Positions 9,385-20,453 of a stretch of 64,000 nucleotides of DNA are shown piece by piece. The notes beneath the pieces are model-generated. The model ran no database searches. It was given only the letters and a program-made list of their open reading frames with translations, and was not told the origin of the DNA. The DNA comes from Thermodesulfobacteriota bacterium (lineage in GTDB: Bacteria; Desulfobacterota; Binatia; Bin18). A program made the translations under genes and the position numbers. The stretch spans positions 2,720,001 to 2,784,000 of the forward strand of contig OZ219926.1 in assembly GCA_964291405.2 (NCBI GenBank), in the 5' to 3' direction. Numbering within the stretch: position 1 is the first letter of the stretch; the number at the start of each line of letters is the position of its first letter.

Positions 9385-9440
9385 AAAGAGTAAACGTGTC
9401 CAGCTTTTTTTTGTCTGGCTGGAGGATACGTTTACTCTTT
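9385..9440 (-). repeat. Palindromic element, copy 5
   Basis: Reverse complement AAAGAGTAAACGTATCCTCCAGCCAGACAAAAAAAAGCTGGACACGTTTACTCTTT. Confidence 0.9.
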
Positions 9441-9449
9441 GGGGTGTTT

Positions 9450-10184
9450 TCAGCGGGGCAGCAATACGTCCTTCAGCACGTGGCTGAGCTTTTGACCCAC
9501 TGCAACGATACTCGTCCTGTCCAGCAATAAGCCATTATTGATTTCGATTTCGAGATAGACGAGATTATGACGCTCGCCATGACTCCGGGCGCTAAAGATA
9601 AGCCCATCATAACCGGAGTAGGGCTCGTTATAGCGCACCCGGTAGCCGGTATGGCTCAGCCGTTGCTCGAACTCCTGGGCAAGGTCTTCGTAGCGGTCGA
9701 ATAAGATGCCTAAATCAAACGATCTTTTCTTCTCACCGAGGATCGGGGTGAAGCTGTGAACGCTGAGCAGAAAAACAGGCGGTGGCATTTTTTGCGTCAG
9801 CACACGGTCAATAGCTGCATGATAGGGCTGGTAGAACTGCATAATGCGTTGCTGTTGCTCGGCCTCGGTCAGATGCATATTAGCCGGAACGCGCGTGCCG
9901 TCGCTCTCAGGAATAATGAGGTCATCGTCTGACAGGGCACGGTTGCAGTCAATCAAGAGGCGCGAGTATTGAGATAGAATAGCTGTGGAATCAACATGTT
10001 GGATGATCTCTTGAACAACCGCCCGAGCACCAATATCCCAGCCGATATGGCGCCGTAACTCGTCAGGAGGAATCCCGAGCGTCCCGTATTCAGGCGGGAG
10101 CGCGGATGACGCGTGTTCACAGGTGAGCACCATTGGAAAGGTGCCGTTCGGGTTGAGAATCGTAAAGGAAGACGCTGCGCTCAC
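9450..10184 (-). CDS. N-formylglutamate amidohydrolase family protein
   Basis: TCEHAS, HIGWDIGA, SRLLIDCNR, YQPYH, SVHSFTP, NEPYSG, EIEI. Confidence 0.9.
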   Translation of the reverse strand: MSAASSFTILNPNGTFPMVLTCEHASSALPPEYGTLGIPPDELRRHIGWDIGARAVVQEIIQHVDSTAILSQYSRLLIDCNRALSDDDLIIPESDGTRVPANMHLTEAEQQQRIMQFYQPYHAAIDRVLTQKMPPPVFLLSVHSFTPILGEKKRSFDLGILFDRYEDLAQEFEQRLSHTGYRVRYNEPYSGYDGLIFSARSHGERHNLVYLEIEINNGLLLDRTSIVAVGQKLSHVLKDVLLPR

Positions 10185-10244
10185 GTCGAAAATTCCTACA
10201 AAACAATTTTATAACTCTGTTGACAATTGAATGGGGTTTAAATT

Positions 10245-10274
10245 AGAACAGTTTTTCCATTAGAAGACTGTTCT
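10245..10274. promoter_or_regulatory. Inverted repeat, candidate IclR operator in the divergent promoter region
   Basis: AGAACAGT-N14-ACTGTTCT just downstream of TTGACA (10220-10225). Confidence 0.45.
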
Positions 10275-10296
10275 TGTTTCTGGCTAAGGAGATACC

Positions 10297-11076
10297 GTGG
10301 TGCGACGAGAAAAAAGCAATTATATTATCCAAGCGGTCGCCCATGCCCTCGACGTTCTTGAGCAATTCCATACTGATGCGGAACTCGGTGTGACCGAACT
10401 GAGTAAACGACTCACCCTTCACAAAAATAACGTCTTCCGAATCCTAGCAACATTGGAATCACGCGGCTATATCGAACAAAATCGTTCGACTGAGAACTAT
10501 CGTCTGGGCACAAAGTGTCTGCAACTCGGGCAGACCTATATCCAACACATGGGGCTGTTGCAACAAGCCAAGCCGGTCCTGGGTGAGGTCGTCCAAGCCT
10601 GTCGTGAGACGGCCTATGTGACCGTGATGCGGCAGGGAAAAGTTGTGCCTGTCGACATGGTTGAACCCGATCAGGCCGTTCGCATCGTCTCGCATATTGG
10701 GGAGAGCCTGCCGTTGCACTGCACGGCTGCGGGGAAAGTCCATTTAGCCTTTGAGACCAGAGAAGAGGTCCAACGTTCCCTGCTCGATTCGCTCCAGACG
10801 CATACCGAGCAAACCATTACCGACCGGACGCTGTTAGAAGCCCAACTCAAAGAGGTGTCCCAGAAAGGCTATGCGCTTGAAAACGGAGAGCACCTGACCG
10901 ATGTACGGACGGTGGCCGTGCCGATCCGAGATTACACCCGTACGGTCGTCGGGAGCTTGGCGGTCAGCGGCCCTGCCTATCGGATTGGACTCGAACGGCT
11001 TGAGCAAGAGTTAGCCCCTTTGACCATCCAGGCGGGGAAAGATCTCTCCAGCCGTCTTGGTCATCCGCTTTCTTGA
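10297..11076 (+). CDS. IclR family transcriptional regulator
   Basis: HTH GVTELSKRLTLHKNNVFRILATL; PLHCTAAGKV; VAVPIRD...AVSGP. Confidence 0.92.
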   Translation: MVRREKSNYIIQAVAHALDVLEQFHTDAELGVTELSKRLTLHKNNVFRILATLESRGYIEQNRSTENYRLGTKCLQLGQTYIQHMGLLQQAKPVLGEVVQACRETAYVTVMRQGKVVPVDMVEPDQAVRIVSHIGESLPLHCTAAGKVHLAFETREEVQRSLLDSLQTHTEQTITDRTLLEAQLKEVSQKGYALENGEHLTDVRTVAVPIRDYTRTVVGSLAVSGPAYRIGLERLEQELAPLTIQAGKDLSSRLGHPLS

Positions 11077-11216
11077 GTTGGACGGGTCGGAGGGTGCATA
11101 GCTCCTCCTGACGGTCTGATCGTGCACGCTTGACAGCCAGGGTGCGAAGCGTTGAACTAGGGGTCGCGCCTGAAGCGAGCCATATTTTCGTAATTCATGA
11201 CAGGAGGAAAACACTG

Positions 11217-11972
11217 GTGAAAGTACTTGTGACGGTCAAACGGGTCCCTGACCCGGAGACAACGATCCGTGTGAAATCTGATGGATCGGGCATTGAGACG
11301 GATAATATCAAATATGTCATCAACCCGTTTGATGAGATCGCTCTTGAGGAAGCCCTCCGCATCAAGGAAAAGCTGGGCTCCGGTGAGGTGGTGTTAGTCA
11401 GTATTGGCGCCAGCGTGGTGACCGAGCAACTCAGGACCGGGTTGGCGATGGGTGCTGATCGGGCCATCTTGGTTGGCTGTGATCAAGACTTGGACTCCTT
11501 GGCTATCGCCCGGATCCTGGCTAAAATTGTTGAAGAAGAAAGTCCTCAGCTCGTCCTCATGGGCAAGCAGGCGATTGACGACGATGCCAATCAGGCCGGC
11601 CAGATGCTGGCGGCGCTGTTGGGTTGGTCCCAAGCGACCTTTGCCTCTGAAGTCGTGCTGTCCGATGACCAGCAATCCGTCAAGGTCACACGCGAAGTGG
11701 ACGGTGGACTGGAAACAATCGGCTTTGCCCTGCCCGGTGTCATTACCTCTGATTTACGGCTCAACGAACCCCGCTACGCCTCCCTGCCCGGTATTATGAA
11801 GGCGCGCAAAAAAGAGATCAAAGAAATTGCCGCGGCAGACCTCGGCGTTGATATTACCCCTCGCTTGATGATCAATAGCCTTGAACCGCCAACCCAGAAA
11901 GAGGCGGGCAAAAAAGTCGAGACCGTGGAAGAGTTGATTGGTCTGCTGCACGACGAGGCGAAAGTGATCTAA
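11217..11972 (+). CDS. etfB: Electron transfer flavoprotein beta subunit
   Basis: VKRVPD, INPFDEIALEEA, GKQAIDDD, REVDGG, LNEPRYASLPGIMKA; AGGAGG before GTG. Confidence 0.95.
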   Translation: MKVLVTVKRVPDPETTIRVKSDGSGIETDNIKYVINPFDEIALEEALRIKEKLGSGEVVLVSIGASVVTEQLRTGLAMGADRAILVGCDQDLDSLAIARILAKIVEEESPQLVLMGKQAIDDDANQAGQMLAALLGWSQATFASEVVLSDDQQSVKVTREVDGGLETIGFALPGVITSDLRLNEPRYASLPGIMKARKKEIKEIAAADLGVDITPRLMINSLEPPTQKEAGKKVETVEELIGLLHDEAKVI

Positions 11973-12011
11973 CGCCGCTGCGCTATGCGATGATATCTGG
12001 AGACGAGAATA

Positions 12012-12980
12012 ATGGGAAATATACTTGTTTTTGCAGAAACTCAAAAAGGGCGTGTCCCCAAGAGTTCGCTGATTGCCATTCAAGCCGGTAAGGACGCGGC
12101 GAGTAAACTCGGTGGTGACGTGCTCGTGGCAGTCTTGGGCTCGGACACCGCTGCCGCCGCCCAGGAGGCAGCAGGATATGGGGCGGCAAAGGTCTTAGCC
12201 GTCGATGATGCGGCGCTCGAAGACTATCTCGCGGACGCTTATGCTGCCACGCTCGAACAGCTCGTGCAGGCAAACGATGTCACGTTGGTGGTGACGACGG
12301 CTACGGCGGTGGGCAAAGACCTGTTGCCGCGGGTGGCGGCCCGACTGGGGGTGGGCATGGCCAGCGATGTGGTCAGCTTCAATGACGATGGCACATTGCA
12401 GCGGCCCATGTATGCCGGCAACACCATGGCAACCGTGACGCTTGCGGACGCGATCAAGGTCGTGTCTGTCCGCAGCACTGCATTTGACGCCGCTCAGCCA
12501 GGAGAGCAGTCTGCGGTGGAACAGGTCCCTGTCAGCCTCGACGCAGACGCGACCAAAATGCAGTTTGTTGAATTTAATGAAACCAAGTCCGACCGGCCCA
12601 ACCTGACGGAGGCCAGCATTGTGGTGTCTGGCGGGCGCGGGTTGAAGTCGGGCGAGAATTTCACAACCTATCTGGAGCCTTTGGTGAACGAGTTGAATGC
12701 GGCCATGGGTGCCAGTCGGGCGGCAGTTGATGCTGGCTTTGTCCCCAACGATCTGCAAGTTGGGCAAACTGGGAAAGTCGTGGCGCCGGAGTTGTATATT
12801 GCGGTGGGGATTTCCGGTGCGATTCAGCACTTAGCCGGCATGAAGGACTCGAAAGTCATTGTGGCGGTGAATAAAGATCCTGACGCACCGATTTTCAATG
12901 TGGCTGACTACGGCCTGGTCGCTGACCTGTTCAAGGCCGTGCCCGAGTTGACCGATGCGGTAAAAAAAGCCAAGGAGTAG
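12012..12980 (+). CDS. etfA: Electron transfer flavoprotein alpha subunit
   Basis: [43 protein letters not shown]. Confidence 0.95.
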   Translation: MGNILVFAETQKGRVPKSSLIAIQAGKDAASKLGGDVLVAVLGSDTAAAAQEAAGYGAAKVLAVDDAALEDYLADAYAATLEQLVQANDVTLVVTTATAVGKDLLPRVAARLGVGMASDVVSFNDDGTLQRPMYAGNTMATVTLADAIKVVSVRSTAFDAAQPGEQSAVEQVPVSLDADATKMQFVEFNETKSDRPNLTEASIVVSGGRGLKSGENFTTYLEPLVNELNAAMGASRAAVDAGFVPNDLQVGQTGKVVAPELYIAVGISGAIQHLAGMKDSKVIVAVNKDPDAPIFNVADYGLVADLFKAVPELTDAVKKAKE

Positions 12981-13145
12981 GAAACTACGTCCGGCGAGAT
13001 TCGCGTAACATAGGCCCACCATGTAGGCCGCGGAATTCTCCGCGGCTCCATCAATACATTACATTTTGGGTAAGTTCGTTCAGTGTTCCTCGTCGTATGA
13101 AAGAATCATAGTAACATCATATGATCGAATTATGGTCTTGTACCA

Positions 13146-16100
13146 ATTGCCATCCGTATCGCCCGTGCGGCTGCCGAACTCGGCATACGGACCGTTGCCA
13201 TTTTCTCCGAAGACGATGCGCAGTCGCTCCATACCCAAAAGACGGACGAAGCGCTACCGCTCCAAGGCCGGGGTGCCGCAGCCTATCTCGATATCGAGCA
13301 GATCATTGCGCTGGCCGCACAGGCGGGCTGCGACGCGATTCATCCCGGCTATGGATTTCTGAGCGAAAACGCGACGTTCGCCCAGCGCTGTGCCGAGGCC
13401 GCGCTGACTTTTGTTGGGCCCCAGGTCGAAACGCTGTCGCTGTTTGGCGACAAAGGACAGGCACGAGCGTTGGCTGAAAAATACGATGTGCCGGTTCTGC
13501 CTGGGACGTCCGGTCCGACGAGTGTAGACGAGGCCAAAGAATTCTTGACATCTCTGGGTACCGGCGGAGCCGTGATGATTAAAGCCCTGGCTGGTGGCGG
13601 CGGCCGTGGTATGCGGGCGGCACAGACGGTCGATGACCTTGAAGCGGCCTACGCGCGGTGCCGGTCCGAAGCAACTGCGGCGTTTGGCAACGGCGATGTG
13701 TATGTTGAGCAACTCATTCCCCGCGCGCGGCATATTGAGGTCCAGGTCGTTGGTGACGGGTCTGGTGCGGTCAGTCATCTTGGCGAGCGTGAGTGCAGCA
13801 TCCAGCGCCGCAACCAGAAGCTGGTAGAAATCGCTCCGTCGCCCGGGCTGTCGCCTGCGCTCAGAGAGCGCTTGAGTTCCGCTGCGGTTCGACTCGCCCA
13901 GGAGGTGCAGTACGCCAGCCTGGGTACGTTCGAGTTTCTGGTTGATGCAGAACATGGCAGCGACAACGCGACATTTGCCTTTATTGAAGCCAATGCACGG
14001 CTGCAAGTCGAGCATACCGTCACCGAAGAAGTGACGGGTGTGGACCTTGTTAAGACACAACTCCGTTTGGCTGCCGGCAGTTCACTTGCCGACCTGAGAC
14101 TCACTCAGGAATGTATTTCCGAGCCACGCGGCTTTGCCATGCAGGTCCGCATCAACATGGAGACCATAGCGTCCGACGGCATGCCGCGCCCGTCAGGTGG
14201 GACCTTATCTGCGTTTGAAGTGCCGTCGGGTCCCGGTCTGCGAACCGACACGTTCGGCTATGTTGGCTATACCACCAGTCCGAGCTTTGATTCCCTGCTG
14301 GCCAAATTGATCGGTTCTTCTCCCTCGTCGGATTTTTCCGATGTCGTGACCAGGACCTATCGGGCGCTGTGTGAATTCAAGATCGAAGGCGTGGCAACAA
14401 ACATCCCATTCCTACAGAGTCTCTTACAGCATCCGGCAGTTCTGAAGAACCAGATCTATACCCGCTTCGTCGAAGACCACAGTGCGGAGCTGGTTCAGGC
14501 GGATCATCATCAGCGTTTCTTTTTCCATGCCGACCGGGCTCAGTCAGAAACTCCAACGTTGGCTGGTGTGAAGGTGGATAGCGTTGATCCTTTGGCCGTG
14601 CTTGAGCACGGTAAGTCCGCGGGCTCGACAGCTGCTGTTGCCACGGCTCCGGTCGGACAGGCACCCGAGGTGAGCGGTCCTGATGGGACCGTCGCCGTCC
14701 CGGCTCCCCTCCAGGGCACTATTGTCAGTCTGGACGTCAGTGAAGGAGACGAGGTGCACGTCGGCCAGCAACTCCTCATCATGGAATCCATGAAGATGGA
14801 ACATGTGATTTCGGCGGAAACGAGCGGCATTATCCGCCAACTGACCGTCGGTCAGGGAGACGCCGTTTTTGAAGGCCACCCGCTTGCCTTTATCGAAGAG
14901 ACCGAGGTAGAGGTGACGGCAGTCGAACACGCGACCGATCTTGACCTCGACTATATCCGTCCGGACCTGGCTGAGATCGTTGAGCGGCACGAGCTGGGTA
15001 TGGACGCCGCCCGGCCCGAGGCGGTGGCGCGGCGGCGGAAGACCGGCCAACGCACGGCGCGTGAGAACATCTATGATATCTGCGACTCCGATACCTATGT
15101 CGAGTATGGGCCCATGGTTATTGCGGCCCAACGGCAGCGGCGTTCATTGGACGATTTAGTGCGCCGCACCCCGGCGGACGGCATGATCGCTGGGGTCGGC
15201 AGGGTCAATGGCGATCTGTTTGACGAAAAAGCCGCGCAGTGCATTGTCATTTCCTACGATTATACTGTGCTGGCCGGGACGCAGGGCTTTAAGAATCACT
15301 ACAAAAAAGATCGTATGTTTGAGTTGGCCGAGCGCTGGAAGCTGCCGGTTGTCTTCTTTGCCGAAGGTGGCGGTGGTCGTCCGGGCGACACCGACTGGTC
15401 GAGTCCATCCGGGTTGGATGTCCCGGCCTTTTATCTGTGGGGCAAGCTCAGCGGCATGGTGCCCCTGGTCGGCATTACCTCAGGCCGGTGTTTTGCCGGC
15501 AATGCGGTGATTCTGGGCTGCTGTGATGTGATTATTGCGACCGCAGGATCGAATATCGGCATGGGTGGCCCGGCCATGATTGAGGGGGGTGGACTGGGTG
15601 TCTTCCGGCCGGAAGAGGTGGGACCGATGGAAGAGCAGGTGCCGAACGGCGTGGTGGATATTCCGGTCAAAGACGAAGCCGAAGCGATCCAGGTGGCGAA
15701 GCAATATCTCTCCTATTTTCAAGGACCAATCGCCGAGTGGGAATGTGCCGACCAACGCCTGTTGCGTTATATCGTGCCGGAGAACCGCCTGCGCGTCTAT
15801 GAAATCCGCGATGTGATCGAGACCCTGGCCGACACCGGTTCTGTGCTGGAAATCCGCAAGCATTTTGGTATCGGCATGGTAACGTCCTTTGTGCGGATTG
15901 AGGGACGCCCGGTTGGTGTGATTGCCAACAACCCCAAACATCTGGGTGGAGCCATTGATTCTGACGCGGCGGACAAAGCCACACGGTTCATGCAGTTGTG
16001 TGATGCGTTTGACATTCCCATTCTTATGCTGTGCGATACACCGGGCAATATGGTTGGCCCCGAGTACGAAAAGGCCGCTCTGGTACGTCACTGTTGTCGC

Positions 16101-16511
16101 ATGTTTGTGACCGGCGCAAGCCTGACTGTGCCGTTCTTCACCATCGTGTTGCGAAAGTCGTACGGACTCGGCGCGCAAGGGATGGCCGGGGGGAGCTTCA
16201 AAGCTCCGGCTTTTGCGGTGTCCTGGCCAACGGGCGAGTTTGGTGGCATGGGGCTGGAGGGCGCGGTAAAGCTGGGCTACCGCAAAGAGTTGGAGGCGGA
16301 GACGGACCCGCATAAGCGCAAAGAACTCTACGAACAGCTCGTCGCCAAGATGTACGAAAGCGGCAAAGCGCTCAGCACCGCAACCTACTTCGAGATTGAT
16401 GACGTGATTGATCCCGCCGAGTCCCGGCGCTGGATTATGGCCGCCCTGCGCTCCTCGCCTCTGCCTGTTCCACGGACAGAAAAAAAACGACCGTGTATCG
16501 ATACGTGGTGA
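13146..16511 (+). pseudogene. Single-chain acyl-CoA carboxylase (BC-BCCP-CT fusion), 5'-truncated
   Basis: Frame reads IAIRIARAAAELG..IHPGYGFLSEN from 13146 into the 13470 ORF; ESMKM biotin site; CT domain; the M...ANRGE N-terminus is absent and an in-frame TGA lies at 13122. Confidence 0.7.
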
Positions 16512-16641
16512 CGAGAACGGGTTACGACCCGCTCTGTTTAGATCGGCCGCTTATACGTCGCTCCCCGTGACCTATCCCGAAGGCGCGCTCCGCATCGCAG
16601 CTTGAAGCCGGCCACTACGCCCATTCTGCTCCGATCTGAGG

Positions 16642-17424
16642 CTACCGTCCCACAAAATTTCCGGGTCGCCGCTCAGCCACGGCTTTAATGCCCTCTTTGT
16701 GGTCTTCCGTTTGCTGGAGGCGGTGCTGCTCTCGAAATTCGTGATCCGTCGCCGCTTTGACCGCAGCCGCAATACCGTCTCGCATGGTTGCCCGCACGGA
16801 CTGCACGGCCAGGGGTGCACTCTCGGCGATTTCCTGGGCGAGGGCGAGCGCGGCCGAGCGGACGTTGTCCTTTGTGGTCAGGACCTCGCCCAGGCCCCAG
16901 CTATAGGCCTCCTCGCCACCTATCCTCCTGCCGGTTTGAAAAATCAGGTTTGCGCGTGGCTCACCGATCAGACGGGGGAGGGTATAGGTCAGGCCGAAGC
17001 CCGGATGAAAGCCGAGTTTGACAAAGTTTGCCGCAAATCGTGTTTCCGGGCAGAGCACGCGGAAATCGGGTACCAATGCGAGTCCAAAGCCGCCCCCAAT
17101 CGCTGCCCCCTGGACCGCGCCAACAACCGGCTTCCTGCAAGAAAACAGTCGCACGGCCTGGGCGTAGAGCGGATTGCCGGTTTCGACATCGCGCAGGTCA
17201 CGCTCCGCCTGGCCACTGTGAAAATTTGCCCCGGCACAAAAATGTTTGCCGTCTGCCGCAAGGACGATAGCTCGACAATCCGTTTCTTTATCCAGGTTTT
17301 CAAATGCATCAGCCAGGGACTGGATGAGGGCCGTATCAAAGAAATTGTTTGGCGGTCGTTGAATCTCAGCGGTTGCTACATAATCGGCCAAGCTTACTTC
17401 AACATCTCCGTAGCGTGTCTCCAT
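16642..17424 (-). CDS. Enoyl-CoA hydratase/isomerase family protein
   Basis: HFCAGAN, VQGAAIGGGFGLAL, FVKLGFHPGFG, EDHKEGI. Confidence 0.9.
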   Translation of the reverse strand: METRYGDVEVSLADYVATAEIQRPPNNFFDTALIQSLADAFENLDKETDCRAIVLAADGKHFCAGANFHSGQAERDLRDVETGNPLYAQAVRLFSCRKPVVGAVQGAAIGGGFGLALVPDFRVLCPETRFAANFVKLGFHPGFGLTYTLPRLIGEPRANLIFQTGRRIGGEEAYSWGLGEVLTTKDNVRSAALALAQEIAESAPLAVQSVRATMRDGIAAAVKAATDHEFREQHRLQQTEDHKEGIKAVAERRPGNFVGR

Positions 17425-17725
17425 CGGTGTGCTCCTTTTACTGTATCAGCTTTCCTCTCTCTGCAGGGCTGTCGTTGCCCATCGGATATAGCACTATCCT
17501 AAGGCTCCCGGTAGCGTTCCTAAATTTTGTTCTTCTCCAGACTCTCACGGTTGGGCGGGGTATGGAATTTGATGAGGTCCTGTCGACAGACTGGGCTGAC
17601 GCAACCCCTGTTGCTCGGGGCGAAAAGATGCAAACAAACCACATCTGCACTGTGGATTAGCGCGGTTTGACGCTATACTGTCACCCGGACACCGTCTCAA
17701 GTCTTCCCCTCAGAAAAGGAAGTTC

Positions 17726-18625
17726 ATGGCAGGACAACACATTCTCGGGCCGACCTCGCATTATTTCTACTCACAGCGTCTCAAGCTACACTATGTTGAC
17801 TGGGGCAACCCTGACAAACCCTTGCTCGTTCTGATCCATGGCGGGCGGGATCATTGTCGGAATTGGGACTGGGTCGCTCAGACGTTGCGCGGAGATTATC
17901 ATATCGTTGCCCCGGATTTACGCGGACATGGCGATTCGGAGTGGGCTCGCGGCAGTGAGTACTCGATGATTGACCATGTCGTCGATATTGCGCAGCTTTT
18001 GGCTCAGCTCGACTTGTTTCCAGTCACGTTAATTGGGCATTCTCTCGGCGGTGGTATCGTGCTCCAGTATGCCGGTGTATATCCTGAAAAAGTGGTCAAG
18101 GTCATGTCCATTGAGGGCTGGGGACCCCCTCCGCAGATGCTCAAAGAGCAGCCGAAAAGTGCGTTTGAGCGGATGCAACACTGGGTCGATGAAATGCGTG
18201 GGTTCGCCGGTCGCCTGCCAAAGCGCTACAAGACGCTGGAAGAGGCGGTCGAACGTATGCGTGAAGCCAACCCCCATCTCAGCCCGGAGCAGGCCCACCA
18301 TCTGACCGTGTATGGAACCCACCGCAACGAGGACGGAACCTATACCTGGAAGTTTGACAACTATGTTCGTGCCCGCTCACCGTATCGCTTCAATATGGCG
18401 GATGCCCAAGAAATCTGGGGACGTATTACCTGCCCGCTTCTCCTGTTGCGGGGCGGTGAATCCTGGGCGGTTGATCTGGAGAAAGATCATGAGCGCGCAA
18501 AGGCATTCCACAATCCCCGTCTGGTGACGATCCCCAAGGCTGGCCACTGGGTTCATCACGACCAGCTTGAGCATTTCTTGCAGGTAACTACGGAGTTCTT
18601 ACTCCCATCCAGATCAGCGGGGTAG
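17726..18625 (+). CDS. Alpha/beta hydrolase
   Basis: HGG, DLRGHGDS, GHSLGG nucleophile elbow, GHWVHHD. Confidence 0.9.
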   Translation: MAGQHILGPTSHYFYSQRLKLHYVDWGNPDKPLLVLIHGGRDHCRNWDWVAQTLRGDYHIVAPDLRGHGDSEWARGSEYSMIDHVVDIAQLLAQLDLFPVTLIGHSLGGGIVLQYAGVYPEKVVKVMSIEGWGPPPQMLKEQPKSAFERMQHWVDEMRGFAGRLPKRYKTLEEAVERMREANPHLSPEQAHHLTVYGTHRNEDGTYTWKFDNYVRARSPYRFNMADAQEIWGRITCPLLLLRGGESWAVDLEKDHERAKAFHNPRLVTIPKAGHWVHHDQLEHFLQVTTEFLLPSRSAG

Positions 18626-18644
18626 CTGCGCCGGTGGAGCGGAT

Positions 18645-19313
18645 TCAGGACGCCAAGGTAATCGGCGACACCACCTTTTCCTGGAGCCAGTTGGACAGGT
18701 CGGTCAGGCTGCGAGCATTGATTTCGTGACCCATATCATACTCCCGGTAGGTCACGGGCGCTTTGACATCACGCAGGATTTCGACGGACTGGCGGGCTCG
18801 GCCCACATCGACCAACTCGTCCTTACTGCCGTGTTGGACCAGCACGGGAAGTTGCTCGGTTGCCGGCACGTCCGGTAATGCGGTCAGCATATCTTTCGGC
18901 AGCCACGAACTCAGCGCCGTGAGTCCGGCAAAGCGCTCGGGCTCGCCCAGGGCCAGGCTATAACCCATGACCCCACCTTGGCTAAAACCCAGCACGCACA
19001 GTTTTTTGGAATCAACAGGATAGCGCTGGATTGCTTCGTCGAGGAAGGTGCGAATGGTCTCGCGCGCAGAGAGAACCGACTGGACATCGATCGGTCCGCC
19101 ACTCGTCAGCGGAAACCAGCCGTGACCAATCATGTTCGGACCGATGGGGACCTGAATCGGACCCTGTGGACAGAGTACAAGAAACTGGCCTCGACATAGA
19201 TGCGGAGATAAGCCCAGGAGGTCGAGCGCATTGGCTCCCCAGCCGTGCAGGGCAAGAATGGTTGGATGTGGGCCTGCACCTTCGGGCTCAAAAACCGTGT
19301 GGATAAGATTCAT
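18645..19313 (-). CDS. Phospholipase/carboxylesterase
   Basis: LHGWG, GFSQGG, HGSKD, MGHEI. Confidence 0.88.
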   Translation of the reverse strand: MNLIHTVFEPEGAGPHPTILALHGWGANALDLLGLSPHLCRGQFLVLCPQGPIQVPIGPNMIGHGWFPLTSGGPIDVQSVLSARETIRTFLDEAIQRYPVDSKKLCVLGFSQGGVMGYSLALGEPERFAGLTALSSWLPKDMLTALPDVPATEQLPVLVQHGSKDELVDVGRARQSVEILRDVKAPVTYREYDMGHEINARSLTDLSNWLQEKVVSPITLAS

Positions 19314-19426
19314 CGTCCTCGATTCCTTTCAGCTCCCACCGCCTGAGCGTGTGGTTCTTACTGTTTCTCCATCTTACCATGCCTCTTGTTCCTGTGTGAG
19401 GGACAGAAAAAATGGACGGACCTCTC

Positions 19427-20446
19427 CTATTTTTTCGGAACCTGTTCCAGCAGTAGTTCGATGATCTGGTCGGCACTAATACCTTCCGCCTCAGCCTGAA
19501 AGTTCAGCAGACAGCGATGCCGCAGGGCCGACAGCGCAACGTCGGTGATATCCTCAAAACTGACGTGCACCCGCCCGTCGAGCAGGGCGTTGACCTTGGC
19601 CCCCAAGGTGAGTGCCTGAGCCCCACGCGGGCTGGGACCATAGCGGAGATAGTGCGTGACCTCAGGTACCGGAGAATTCGGATTGCTGGGCGTGGCTGCC
19701 TCAATAAGCCGGGCAATATACAAACTCAGCGGAGGAGCCAGCAAGACCTCACGCACCAGATTCTGCATCTCGGCGATGAGGGCCGGAGCCGTATCCGCCG
19801 AGAGGACCGGATTGATGCGGTACTGCGTCTCTTTTGTGGTGCGCTCAAGAATTTCAGCCACCTCATCCGCGCTGGGCGCTTCGATAACCAGCTTGAGCAG
19901 AAAACGGTCCAGTTGCGCTTCGGGGAGCGGGTAAGTCCCCTCGATCTCAACTGGGTTCTGGGTCGCCACAACAAGAAAAGGTGGCGTGAGGGTATGCGTC
20001 TCTCCAAAAACAGTGACCTGCTGCTCCTCCATCGCTTCGAGGACAGCTGACTGGGTCTTGGGCGTGGCCCGGTTAATCTCGTCTGCCAGAACGATATTGG
20101 CAAAGACCGGCCCGGGCTTGAATTCAAAATAGCGCTTGCCGTCAGCGCCTTCAGACAGGACTTGGGTCCCAACAATATCAGACGGCATGAGGTCCGGCGT
20201 AAACTGAATACGCTTGGCGCTCAACGCGAGGGCCTGGCTGAGTGACTTGGCCATCAGCGTCTTGCCCAGACCCGGCACGCTTTCAATAAGGACATGCCCA
20301 CCGGCAAAAAAGGCGGTTAAGATCTTCCGCAAGATATTCCGCTGGCCAACGATGAGCTGGCCGACTTCTTCTTCGATGGTCGCAAAGATGTGTCGAAAGT
20401 GTTCAACCCGTTGTTCTGAGGATAGGGGGGATGACGAAGCTGGCAT
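19427..20446 (-). CDS. MoxR family AAA+ ATPase
   Basis: PGLGKT, RIQFTPDLMPSD, LADEINRATPKTQSA, ATQNP.E.EGTYPLPEAQLDRF. Confidence 0.95.
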   Translation of the reverse strand: MPASSSPLSSEQRVEHFRHIFATIEEEVGQLIVGQRNILRKILTAFFAGGHVLIESVPGLGKTLMAKSLSQALALSAKRIQFTPDLMPSDIVGTQVLSEGADGKRYFEFKPGPVFANIVLADEINRATPKTQSAVLEAMEEQQVTVFGETHTLTPPFLVVATQNPVEIEGTYPLPEAQLDRFLLKLVIEAPSADEVAEILERTTKETQYRINPVLSADTAPALIAEMQNLVREVLLAPPLSLYIARLIEAATPSNPNSPVPEVTHYLRYGPSPRGAQALTLGAKVNALLDGRVHVSFEDITDVALSALRHRCLLNFQAEAEGISADQIIELLLEQVPKK

Positions 20447-20453
20447 GCTGCTC

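Noticed and set aside
13023-13046. GTAGGCCGCGGAATTCTCCGCGGC, a GTAG-type REP candidate (weak echo near 61765)
   Set aside because: Only one clear copy; may simply be the etfA downstream hairpin.
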